A stretch of DNA of 64,000 bases from a virus (Duplodnaviria; Caudoviricetes), in the IMG/VR virus record IMGVR_UViG_3300012122_000001, positions 8,726 through 72,725 of that record. One strand, 5' to 3'. This document shows positions 8,401 through 16,335 of the stretch, one piece after another. Numbering within the stretch: position 1 is the stretch's first letter; each line of letters begins with the position of its first letter. The notes beneath the pieces are model-generated. The model was not told the DNA's origin, made no database searches, and saw only the letters and a program-made list of their open reading frames with translations. The translations under genes and the position numbers were made by a program.

Positions 8401-9133
8401 GGGCGCGCTCTCTCCCGCCGCGAAGCGGAAGCTCGAGGCTCAGTGGCTCGACACGACGTCAAGCGGCGGAACGACGCGCCGTCGGCGCCGCTCGCCGGTC
8501 GCGGTGAATCCGCTGACCAGGAAAGAAGCCGCGTCGACGGTCAGAAGCGCAAAGTTCGACCTTCGATACGGGTCGGCGTTCGCGCCCGGACACACGCGAT
8601 CCGGCTCGGCCGGTCGCGCGTTCGGGAAGGCAACGGTCGTTCGTGACTTCGGCCCCAGGTCAGCCGGTCGGGCCGCGAGCAAGATCATGAAGCGTTCCGT
8701 CGACCTGACGCACGCCGTTCGTACGAACCCCGGCATCAAGTACCCGAAACCCGGCACGAAGATGACCGTCGCCCAGGCGATGGACCTCGCGCGCCGGATC
8801 GGCAACAAGGATCTGATCAAGCAGTGCGAGGAAGCCGCGAAGCTCCAGAAGGTCGCGAACCGCGGCGCGAAGGTCGTCATCTGGAAGGAGCTGCCGATCG
8901 GCTCGCCGAACAAGATCGACATGGTGACGGCCTTCGCCCATTACGGCGACTCTCCGGAGACGATGTACCGGCCGCCGAAGGGCTCGAAGAAGGGCCCGCA
9001 TATGTACCGCCACAAATGGGGCGAGGGAACCGGCAAGAAGAAGTCCGTGCCGATCCTGGCGGCGCCCGGCGGCAAAGCACTCATCACGCTGATGGGCAGC
9101 GACCAGAAGACCGGCGATTGGATGAGAGGCTAG
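5492..9133 (+). CDS. 1213-aa mosaic (polyvalent-like) protein with 16 NP motifs
   Basis: ATGA-coupled to the previous gene; unrelated ~50-100-aa modules separated by basic linkers ending in NP; R(K/R)NIFTFNNP occurs three times. Confidence 0.85.
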   Translation: MSYQDLKSRMVAHLKKWARGMVDSGEGMNFSIESAIYWFANDYHNGGGSELYQILSTSKFRPGPSHRSVDDEGDEIDKMMYEELERYFIPKGRARNNGHTGVRKNPPSFILIDKETGLVVYTKRATGVGSAAISACVKRGHELADQHNRVYTVFLDIRGLSRGMKVHVPAIYALGITEEIHPGGQSVRPNSRGAVRKNIFTFNNPKLKFSDLSVGETFVFASQDDPKFLTSGMARGPWIKRSARTYEHVDDVGKQISERRYGGGHIAVGSASVGVKRMSLGRELPKLCPHCDASYIGTPQMHKFECAPQGGANLYQENPRRRSARRNPTMGSYEVFVGNIGQVYDGNDRAKAQHSFDYYVAMSKRTSGRASGEDVALLCEGELSQEYIGSKGRERGDHRRGVRRNIFTFNNPPSGPADPAAARELEVYIENDADLYRQQFVPIVKNLMLKRRKGVYNRELAVKLFMYLMDAGAKKYVAEYVRSSSPGAPMPKIDGTFNKNTRLMAARSFLESFEGEAELGNYDRMIGPVSNPRGANVRKNIFTFNNPKQRPLNEMENAASLVGLTVTTWAPGDGVTRYRFFKAGGSRYADYHQGGALYTALGRKEAIAFIKSYGVGRSRMNPLNQKEIEQMRDRERFYVGRSQKYGSEGKEADAAHFRGAAQESRNIRERHHAKGTDWWPNPPVCSNPLVRGDKLPHNLRMEVRNRFIYRWTSDNDRRAEVYGLCPHCKTRGGKPSETNIACRQVHPTIPLQTDEQWLKTHAFHVTKAGRLSERHNHAEPGYMADDETRKNPMSRREAAGEIREIRGARSKMRYFHRLGRPEAAEFQDGYAHGVAGAVYRRGPKSARRVVDRAVRSNPLLQTVMLANPGSVKTFSEMQDVGKAKYVVNYHDGVKVHRDGSPFFDIAIFSNRAKKDQFVRKLESLGFTRGALRNPPISTQWDRMTRRQREALLEIVGYDRDFSGGMTLSTWGALSPAAKRKLEAQWLDTTSSGGTTRRRRRSPVAVNPLTRKEAASTVRSAKFDLRYGSAFAPGHTRSGSAGRAFGKATVVRDFGPRSAGRAASKIMKRSVDLTHAVRTNPGIKYPKPGTKMTVAQAMDLARRIGNKDLIKQCEEAAKLQKVANRGAKVVIWKELPIGSPNKIDMVTAFAHYGDSPETMYRPPKGSKKGPHMYRHKWGEGTGKKKSVPILAAPGGKALITLMGSDQKTGDWMRG
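6077..7132 (+). repeat. three ~30-bp direct repeats encoding R(K/R)NIFTFNNP
   Basis: Near-identical copies of cggaagaacatcttcaccttcaacaatcc at ~6077, ~6698 and ~7103. Confidence 0.9.
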
Positions 9134-9143
9134 GAGAATTCAC

Positions 9144-10262
9144 ATGATCGGAGCACTTGTATTTGCGAACCCCGGACGGCCTGTAGCCGCTCGGAGGAGA
9201 CGTTCGCGTTCCCGTACCGCCCGCACGACGGGCAGGAGAGTCAAGATGGCACGCACCCGTTCGCGCCGTCGCACCGGGCGGCGCATCCGGCGGAATGCCA
9301 AGGGGCATTTCGTCACCCGGCGCCGGTCGACCCGGCGTCGGCGTCGGAATCCCAGCGGCTTCATCAAGGTCGGCCGCCGCTGGAAGAAGATCACGAAGTA
9401 CGCCCGTCGGCGCCGTCGGGGCAGCCGGAAGGGCCAGATCCGGGCCTTCAAGTTCCCGAAGCGGTATCGGCGGAGCCGCCGGGTTCGTCGGAACCCCGTG
9501 GTCGTCGCCAACCCGCGTCGGAGCCGTAGCCGTCGGGCGCGGCGCAACCCGTATCGGCGTCATCGCCGGTACGTCCGTCGGAATCCCAGCGTCGCGTATC
9601 GGCTGACGTCGGATCCGGTCGCGGCGATCAAGTCGGCGATCATGTCCGCGTTCTCGATGGACACCGTCGAGACGCTGTTCCACATGGGCCTGGGCTTCGG
9701 CTCGTCCATCGTGGTCAGCCGGACGCTGATCAAGCAGTGGCTGCCGGTCCTCGGCGAGACCGCTCTCGGCCGGGTCGGCGGCACGTTCGGGACCGGCGTG
9801 GTCCTGACGGCGCTGTCGAGCTTCCTCAAGAACTCGAGCCTCACGGCCCGGTTCCTGACCGGCTCGCTGTTCGCCACCTTCTGGCAGGGCCTGTCCGAAG
9901 TCGTGTCGGCCTACCAGCCTCAGCTCAAGGAGTTCATCCCGACGCTGTCGGGCGCTCCGGAGACCGAGGAGTTCCGTCGCGCGATCGAGCGGGAAGTTCT
10001 CCGCGAGCTCAAGGGCGGCGTGAACGAATACCTGCCCGCGGCGGGCGCCGAGGGGTACTCGACGTACCTCCGCCCGGCCGGGATCGAGTACCTCCGTCCC
10101 GCCGGGACGGAAGCGTACCTCACCGAAGTGGGCGCGGAGCGCGCCCAGGGAGGCATGGGCGCCTTCCTGACCGACCGCGAGGTCAGTCGCGTCGAAGCCC
10201 GGCCCAGCGGGGTCGGCGAGGACGAGTTCGGCAGGGGCGACACCCTGCCGGAGCGGTTCTAG
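9144..10262 (+). CDS. Arg-rich (protamine-like) core/membrane protein
   Basis: First ~150 aa very Arg-rich with 6 NP motifs (mostly RRNP), then hydrophobic helices, then (E/T/A)YLxxxG repeats; directly upstream of the capsid gene. Confidence 0.8.
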   Translation: MIGALVFANPGRPVAARRRRSRSRTARTTGRRVKMARTRSRRRTGRRIRRNAKGHFVTRRRSTRRRRRNPSGFIKVGRRWKKITKYARRRRRGSRKGQIRAFKFPKRYRRSRRVRRNPVVVANPRRSRSRRARRNPYRRHRRYVRRNPSVAYRLTSDPVAAIKSAIMSAFSMDTVETLFHMGLGFGSSIVVSRTLIKQWLPVLGETALGRVGGTFGTGVVLTALSSFLKNSSLTARFLTGSLFATFWQGLSEVVSAYQPQLKEFIPTLSGAPETEEFRRAIEREVLRELKGGVNEYLPAAGAEGYSTYLRPAGIEYLRPAGTEAYLTEVGAERAQGGMGAFLTDREVSRVEARPSGVGEDEFGRGDTLPERF

Positions 10263-10277
10263 GCATCAATCAAGGAA

Positions 10278-10421
10278 GCCCTGGGAGGGAAACCTCCCAG
10301 GGCCTCCCCCAGGGCGGCCCAGTGCGGGCCTTCCTGGGGGAGTCGGGCAGGTAAGCACCAGCCCGTCCCGGTGGGATGTAGCAGCAGGCCGAGAGGCCGC
10401 TTGAGGTCATTGTGACCTCAA
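10278..10421 (+). other. structured intergenic leader upstream of the capsid gene
   Basis: Hairpins GCCCTGGGAGG-GAAA-CCTCCCAGGGC, CTCCCCCAGG...CCTGGGGGAG, GGCC-GAGA-GGCC and TTGAGGTCA-TTG-TGACCTCAA. Confidence 0.7.
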
Positions 10422-10457
10422 CCCGCAGAATGGTGCTTGATCAAGGAGATCGAGAGT

Positions 10458-11096
10458 ATGCCTCCTCCCATGGATGCGGGCGCGCCGATCCAGGTCGTGC
10501 AGCCCTACTACAAGATCGTGCAGGGCGTTCCTGCGGCGATCGTCCGGTCGTACAAGCAGCCCCTGTACGACTCGGAAGTGATCCTCTCCGCGTCCCCGAC
10601 GCGGGAGTTCACGCTGTACTCGAAGCCCGTCGGCCAGATGCTGAACGACGCGGCGACGACCAAGACGTTCGTCCACTCGAACCAGACGCAGGCCGGGTCG
10701 CTCGGCACGCCTCTGAGCTTCGACGTGTACGGCTTCAACAAGCGCGTCTGGGGCGGCGTCGCGACCAAGGTCATCACCATCGGCAACTCGACCCTGGTCG
10801 AGGCCGCGGGCGTGGCCGAGGTCATCTTCGGTCAGGACACGAAGTTCCTGACGATCCCGATCGAAGACGTGCCGTCCGGCGTGGACTACGAGGGCATGGG
10901 CGCGACCGATGCGCCGCACATCGGCCTCGGGCAGTCCGACAACCTGTACCGCTTCGACGTGGGCGGTCGGGCGCTGCACATCAACTCGACGGAGCCGTAT
11001 CAGGTCAAGATCTCCTGGCCGTCGAGCCTCTCCGGCATCACCGGCAACCTGCTGTTCCGGTGGTTCATGCGCGGAATCCTTTACAAGGGCGTCTAG
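10458..11096 (+). CDS. putative single jelly-roll major capsid protein
   Basis: AAGGAG SD supports the start at 10458. Beta-rich, with a PLYD...PVGQ...KT...N...G.LGTP.SF.V.G pattern and C-terminal YQVKISWP...MRGILYK strands, recalled from Thermus P23-77/IN93-type capsid proteins (not searched). Confidence 0.6.
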   Translation: MPPPMDAGAPIQVVQPYYKIVQGVPAAIVRSYKQPLYDSEVILSASPTREFTLYSKPVGQMLNDAATTKTFVHSNQTQAGSLGTPLSFDVYGFNKRVWGGVATKVITIGNSTLVEAAGVAEVIFGQDTKFLTIPIEDVPSGVDYEGMGATDAPHIGLGQSDNLYRFDVGGRALHINSTEPYQVKISWPSSLSGITGNLLFRWFMRGILYKGV

Positions 11097-11129
11097 AAAA
11101 AACGTCCTTGTGCCTTCAGGCGCAACTTC

Positions 11130-11156
11130 GGGTGGCCCCTTCGGGGGCCATCCCTT
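11130..11156 (+). terminator. UUCG hairpin after the capsid gene (partial terminator or mRNA stabiliser)
   Basis: GGGTGGCCCC-TTCG-GGGGCCATCC 10-bp stem; weak U-tract. Confidence 0.6.
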
Positions 11157-11238
11157 GATGAGCCCGACGAAGAGTCAGTAGCGTCCCGCACTGTTCGCGG
11201 TCCGCTTCCCTGCTGAGTTAGCTCGGAAGGAGACGACG

Positions 11239-12192
11239 ATGAGCTGGTCCCAGGTTCCGACATTCCTCCGCATCTCGGACAAGGATCCCGATCCCAAGAA
11301 GCGCGGGATCATCTACATGAACCCGGCGAAGGACTGGGTTCAGCCGTTCGAGCTGACGGTTTCGAAGCCGAACCAAGTCATCCGTCTCGCCGCGGGCGAG
11401 CAGCGCGGGCCCTTCCCGCTGACGGCGCAGTACGACGGCCCGATCGAGGTCTTCTACGTCAAGGCCAACGTCTACGAGGACGACGACGGGGAGCCCGGCG
11501 CCCTGGTGAACTCGTACGACATCGACGTGCTCCTGGAGCATCCGGGCAAGCGGATCCAGTTCATGAACCGCTTCGTCCCGCTCGACGCGATGTCCGGAAA
11601 CGCCGGGCTGCCGTACGTCCTGCCGGAGACGATCTTCATCCCGCCGGTCCAGTCGCTCAACCTGACGCTCGTCAACAACGATCTCGCCAACGCGCGGCAC
11701 GTCGAGTTCGTCCTGGGCGGCATCAAGTTCTACCCGAACATGGCGCCGTCCGAGATCCGCGGCGAGACCTGGAAGTACGTCGACCGCCGCGAGCGGACCT
11801 ACGCCTACCTCATGACCACCGACGAGGAAGCCGTCGTCGCCGCCTCGGCCACCACGCCCTTCTTCATGACGATCCCCGACAACGCGGATCTCGAGGTCTT
11901 CAAGCTGACGGCCAAGGCGACCGCCGCCTTCCGCTGCCGCGTGCGCGACGGTCAGAACGACCGCGCCCTCACCGGAGACCTCGTCCACTCGGCGCTGCTC
12001 TTCGGCGGCCACCAGCCGCTCTCGGGCAACGCTGCGGTCACCGGATCCGGCGGTCTCTTCCCGGCACGCTGGGCGACCTCGTGGCTCATCCGGCGGTCGA
12101 CGAAGGTCCAGCTCGATCTCCAGGACATCAGCGCCGCGGAGAACGAGATCAAGGTCATCTTCGGAGGCAGAAAGATCAGCTATGTCAGCTAA
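11239..12192 (+). CDS. putative double jelly-roll capsid protein
   Basis: Visible internal duplication: the halves end in VEFVLGGIKFY and IKVIFGGRKISY, each preceded by G...P...LP/W...I...L.L.N/D; all-beta pattern. Confidence 0.6.
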   Translation: MSWSQVPTFLRISDKDPDPKKRGIIYMNPAKDWVQPFELTVSKPNQVIRLAAGEQRGPFPLTAQYDGPIEVFYVKANVYEDDDGEPGALVNSYDIDVLLEHPGKRIQFMNRFVPLDAMSGNAGLPYVLPETIFIPPVQSLNLTLVNNDLANARHVEFVLGGIKFYPNMAPSEIRGETWKYVDRRERTYAYLMTTDEEAVVAASATTPFFMTIPDNADLEVFKLTAKATAAFRCRVRDGQNDRALTGDLVHSALLFGGHQPLSGNAAVTGSGGLFPARWATSWLIRRSTKVQLDLQDISAAENEIKVIFGGRKISYVS

Positions 12193-12892
12193 AAATCCGC
12201 CTCGCCCTCCTCGGCGCCCCAGGCGCGGAGGAATGGGCGATGACCAGTACTTCTACGAGGGATGGCGCGACGCAGGCCAGGGGGAACCCAGGCCGATGGA
12301 CGTCGTGTCCGATCCCAACTGCCCGCCGCCCAAGGAAGCGCAGCAGTGCGGGAAGGTCAAGCTCAACTGGGTGAAGTTCCCGGCCTTCAACCAGCCGCCG
12401 TTCTTCGCCAAGCCGCTCATCAAGGCCCGGTCGTCGCTCGTGATCCCGGCCGGGGACATCGCGCTCATCTTCGACCGCGAGATCGCCGATCGCCAGCGTG
12501 CGATCGTCTCTCTCGTCGGGATCGACGTCGCGCCGATCGCGCCGCTCCTGAACTCGCAGCTTGAGTTCTGGTTCCAACTCGGCCGCCAGGGCGTTCCCGA
12601 AGTTTCGAAGAACGTCATTCCGGTCTGGGACGACCAGAATCCGACCGGCTACGGCGGGTCGACCCCGATCCAGTCCGGCCGGACGACCGTGTGGCCCGGT
12701 GTCGCGACCCCGGAGGAGTTCTTCAAGAACGGCCTCCAGTTCGGCGTACGCGGCCGGGGCCAGCTCCAGGGACTCATCGAGAACAAGTCCGCCGTCGACG
12801 TCACGGTCCGCGGGATCCTGGGTTACTACTACTACTGGTCCAGCGGCCCTGGTGGTGCCTCGGAGTTCGAGGCCGGAGATTTCCAGGCGTAG
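12182..12892 (+). CDS. putative penton / minor jelly-roll protein with basic leader
   Basis: Leader MSAKNPPRPPRRPRRGGMGD, then a beta-rich domain ending VDVTVRGILGYYYYW. Confidence 0.5.
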   Translation: MSAKNPPRPPRRPRRGGMGDDQYFYEGWRDAGQGEPRPMDVVSDPNCPPPKEAQQCGKVKLNWVKFPAFNQPPFFAKPLIKARSSLVIPAGDIALIFDREIADRQRAIVSLVGIDVAPIAPLLNSQLEFWFQLGRQGVPEVSKNVIPVWDDQNPTGYGGSTPIQSGRTTVWPGVATPEEFFKNGLQFGVRGRGQLQGLIENKSAVDVTVRGILGYYYYWSSGPGGASEFEAGDFQA

Positions 12893-12901
12893 GGAGAATC
12901 G

Positions 12902-13381
12902 ATGCCCGCACCACTGAACCCTAACCTCTGGCCGTCGGTCCTCCACGATGAGGACGGCAACCCGATCTCGGCAACGAATCCCCTGCCCGTAACGGGGCCG
13001 GGTGGCGGTCCGGTCGAGAACGTCCTCACCCAGGTCCGGCAGGTCCAGAACGAAGAGACCACCACGCCCCTGGGGGCCGGTGCGACCTTCAACGGCGCCG
13101 ATCGGGACTGCGAGAATTACGAGAGCTTCGGAATCTCCGTGTTCCTCGATCCCGACGCCGGGCAGGCACTGAACTGTTCGGTCCTGGTCGAGAACAGCAT
13201 CGACGGCGTGACCTGGAGGACGGTCGACACGGTCTCCGTCGCGGGCGCCGCTGATGCGTCATCGACCCTGAACCGCGTCTACTCGGTCACGCGCCGGTTC
13301 TACCGGGTCAGCGTGATCAACAACGACGGATCGAACGGACTCGACGCGACCGAAGTCATTTCGATGATGAAGCCCATCTAA
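12902..13381 (+). CDS. spike/vertex protein A1
   Basis: Beta-rich; N-terminal ~33 aa nearly identical to the 15180 protein. Confidence 0.6.
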   Translation: MPAPLNPNLWPSVLHDEDGNPISATNPLPVTGPGGGPVENVLTQVRQVQNEETTTPLGAGATFNGADRDCENYESFGISVFLDPDAGQALNCSVLVENSIDGVTWRTVDTVSVAGAADASSTLNRVYSVTRRFYRVSVINNDGSNGLDATEVISMMKPI

Positions 13382-13645
13382 ATGGAGAAGCTCTGCAAGG
13401 ATCCGTCCTGTATGGTCGAGGTCCGCGACGGTGAGGCGGCGTCTGAGAAGCTCTTCCTTGATCAGACAAACGGTCGCGTGATCTCCCTGGTGCGCCACGA
13501 GGTCTGCGCGGAGAAGTACACGACGCCGGGATCAAGGTTCCGGCGGATCTCCCAGGACGAGAAGAAGGCGCTGCTGTCCCCCGCGTCGGCTCTCAAGAAC
13601 GAGCTCGCTGCGAGGCAGCGCATGAAAGTCCAGGTGGTCAAGTGA
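13382..13645 (+). CDS. small Zn-binding protein Z1
   Basis: CKDPSC...HEVC motif; paralog-like to 14868. Confidence 0.6.
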   Translation: MEKLCKDPSCMVEVRDGEAASEKLFLDQTNGRVISLVRHEVCAEKYTTPGSRFRRISQDEKKALLSPASALKNELAARQRMKVQVVK

Positions 13646-14859
13646 GCAGGCAGAGAAGCTCGATTGAATGGCAGGATATCGTCGCGGCGACATTTGTCGT
13701 CGGGAAGGATCTCGTCGAGTGCGACTACCTGACCCACCAGGAGGCGATCGACAATCTCCCGGTATCGGGCGGCGGCGTCTACACACTGCCTGGGACATAC
13801 TCCCAGGCGGTCACGATCACGATGCCTGACAAGGACGTCACGTTCGAGTTTGCGTCGGGCGTGACCATGTCGATCGGCTCGACCGTCATCGCGCTCTTCA
13901 CGGTTCCGGACGGCCTCACGGATAGGCGTACCTACTGCTTCTATGGTCTTACGGCCACCGCTGGAGATGTTGCCGATCAGACCTTCATGGAGCTGGCGGA
14001 GACGAACGCGCAGGGCATCGTGAAGTTCTACAACTGCACGATGACCGGCTGGAACGTCATCTTCGACGTCTCCGCTTCCGATCTCGACTACATCTTCCCG
14101 GTCGATATGTACCTCTACGGGTGCCGTCTCGAGGCTGCGGTCGGCCTGGGCGACAACACCATCGTCAAGACTGTGGCGGCAGCGGGAGCCTTTACGAGCG
14201 GCGTCGTGCTGTGGGCGCAGGACACGATGCTCAACACGGAGCAGGCCAGCGTTGCTGTCTGGAGCAGCTTCAATTACGGCTTCGACCTGATTTCTGACGG
14301 AACCGTCTATGCTCTTTTCCAGGGCCCGTGCAAGCTCGACGGCCTTCAGGGGCCGCTCCTCCTGTACGGCTCCGGCGTCTTCGGGATGTGGGCACTCGAA
14401 ATATTCGGGGGAAACTACTGGGCGCGATCTGAGTGGATTGGCGGCGCGCTTTCTTATGGTGCGCTCACCATTTCGACCTCGATCTATCAGTTTGACAACA
14501 ACCTTCAGCAGGCTGGCACCATTATCGTCAATGCCCCCTACTGCAAAATCAACGTCAGGTACTCGGACCTTGGAGGCTCACCTCCTGCGGTCGAGGTCGA
14601 CCTTCTTTCCACCGCGCATCGTTGTGTGATTTCTGGAAACTTCGGAGATAACACTACCGCTGCGGTCCGCGTTGCCAGCGTCTACAACAGGTTCATCGGA
14701 TGTCTCTTCGAGTCGTCGGGCGCCCACGGGACGATCGTGGAGACCGGTGCCGCCGACAACAACATCGGCGTCGGCTGCGCGGGACTCTCCAGTGGCGGCG
14801 GGATGACGATCATCGGCGCCGGTTCGGTGTTCGACCTGACCCTTGCTAACCTTCCGTAG
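13642..14859 (+). CDS. beta-helix-like receptor-binding/spike protein
   Basis: Repeating short beta-strand/turn pattern (FYNCT, LYGCR, FIGCL); more A/T-ending codons than flanking genes. Confidence 0.5.
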   Translation: MSRQRSSIEWQDIVAATFVVGKDLVECDYLTHQEAIDNLPVSGGGVYTLPGTYSQAVTITMPDKDVTFEFASGVTMSIGSTVIALFTVPDGLTDRRTYCFYGLTATAGDVADQTFMELAETNAQGIVKFYNCTMTGWNVIFDVSASDLDYIFPVDMYLYGCRLEAAVGLGDNTIVKTVAAAGAFTSGVVLWAQDTMLNTEQASVAVWSSFNYGFDLISDGTVYALFQGPCKLDGLQGPLLLYGSGVFGMWALEIFGGNYWARSEWIGGALSYGALTISTSIYQFDNNLQQAGTIIVNAPYCKINVRYSDLGGSPPAVEVDLLSTAHRCVISGNFGDNTTAAVRVASVYNRFIGCLFESSGAHGTIVETGAADNNIGVGCAGLSSGGGMTIIGAGSVFDLTLANLP

Positions 14860-14867
14860 GAGGAGCT

Positions 14868-15176
14868 GTGGCTGAGATCATCTGCAACGTCTGCCAGCTC
14901 CCGATCAAAGACCCGGCGGAGCAGATCGACCGCCTCTACGTCATCACCGCGAACAAGATGAGGCCTCTCCCGGCGCAGAAGAAGCACGACGCCTGCGCGG
15001 AGGTGTACGAGCGCAAGCGTGGACTCCAGCGTCGGTACCTCAAGACCGGTGAGTCGAAGCTCCCGGAGCTTGTCAAGACGCCTCCGGTGAGGCGCACGCC
15101 GCAGGAGAAGACCGCTGATGCTGCCGCCCTGGAGGCGGTCATCGCGCAGCAGCAGGCCGCCGCGAAACTGAGGTAG
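14868..15176 (+). CDS. small Zn-binding protein Z2
   Basis: CNVC...HDAC motif. Confidence 0.6.
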   Translation: MAEIICNVCQLPIKDPAEQIDRLYVITANKMRPLPAQKKHDACAEVYERKRGLQRRYLKTGESKLPELVKTPPVRRTPQEKTADAAALEAVIAQQQAAAKLR

Positions 15177-15179
15177 AGA

Positions 15180-15623
15180 ATGCCCGCACCACTTAATCCA
15201 AATCTCTGGCCGTCGGTCCTGCATGACGAGGAAGGGAACGTCATCAACGGGACAAATCCGCTGCCGGTCACGGGACCAAGCGGCCCAGGCAGCGCCATTT
15301 CCGTCAAGGGATCTCCTGGGGCCACGATCACGACTGACCCGGATGTCGCGGTGCCCGGAACGGGCGGCACGGTTCCCCTGGGCCCGATTCCCGCGGGAAC
15401 CCGCCGGATGTACGTCCAGAATGCCGGACCGGCCGGAACCTGGGTTCGCGTCCGTGAGGTCGGCGGGACGGCAGGATCCGGCAGGCTTCTCCCGCGCCTG
15501 GGCGAAGCCATCTACGGCGGCGCCGACGGCGCCCTGGCCCAACTTGAGGTCCAAGACGTCTCCCTGGCGGTCGGGTTATCCGCGGTCGCGACAGTCATCG
15601 CGGTTCAGTACGAGGGAGACTAA
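15180..15623 (+). CDS. spike/vertex protein A2
   Basis: Starts MPAPLNPNLWPSVLHDEEGN...NPLPVTGP, as in 12902. Confidence 0.6.
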   Translation: MPAPLNPNLWPSVLHDEEGNVINGTNPLPVTGPSGPGSAISVKGSPGATITTDPDVAVPGTGGTVPLGPIPAGTRRMYVQNAGPAGTWVRVREVGGTAGSGRLLPRLGEAIYGGADGALAQLEVQDVSLAVGLSAVATVIAVQYEGD

Positions 15624-15629
15624 CCTCTA

Positions 15630-16334
15630 ATGCCTGCTCCCACGTTCCTGGAACTGGCAAGGTCGATCGACCGGCAGCTCGCCGGAAACATCAACTTCCC
15701 ATTTCGGACCCTCCCGGACGGCGCCTCAGCCATCACGGACAACGACTTCTATCTGGCGATCGACGCCGCCCTGGGGAACGCCGTAATCACCCTTCCAAGT
15801 GCCGTGACGGTGAAGAGCGGCCTCGGCTACCGCGTCATCCGGGTCGACAGCGTGCTCACGAACACCGTCGTGATCGGCACGACGGGCGGACAGACCATCA
15901 ACGGCGGATCATCGGTGGCGATCACGCTCCAGTACTCCGTGCTCGATATCGTTTCCGACGGAACCAACTGGCTCCTCTTCGCGAGCCCGTCGGCTTACGC
16001 CTCAGCGACCGACGTCCTGTGGACGTTCCCTGGGACGGTTTCCGACGACCAGGACAACAACCTCTACACGCTCCTGGCTCCGAGGGCCATGAGCTTCGTC
16101 GGCTTCGACGTCAACCTCAACCTCGCCCCGGAGGGAGCGGATCTCATCGTCGGCTGGCTCGTCAACGGAATCGATGAGCCGAGTGCCCAGGTGACGGTAC
16201 CGGCCGGAGATACGGACGCCACCGTCGCGTTCCCGATCTCGCTCGCGCAGGGTGACACGCTTCAGCCTTACGTTGCCCAGGTCGGCGTACAGACGCCGGG
16301 ATTGACGATGGTCATCAGAGCGAGGGGGACTTAA
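15630..16334 (+). CDS. virion fibre/spike-like protein
   Basis: ITLPSA...G..Y.V.RVD.....V.I....GQTING module typical of virion fibre proteins. Confidence 0.55.
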   Translation: MPAPTFLELARSIDRQLAGNINFPFRTLPDGASAITDNDFYLAIDAALGNAVITLPSAVTVKSGLGYRVIRVDSVLTNTVVIGTTGGQTINGGSSVAITLQYSVLDIVSDGTNWLLFASPSAYASATDVLWTFPGTVSDDQDNNLYTLLAPRAMSFVGFDVNLNLAPEGADLIVGWLVNGIDEPSAQVTVPAGDTDATVAFPISLAQGDTLQPYVAQVGVQTPGLTMVIRARGT

Positions 16335-16335
16335 C

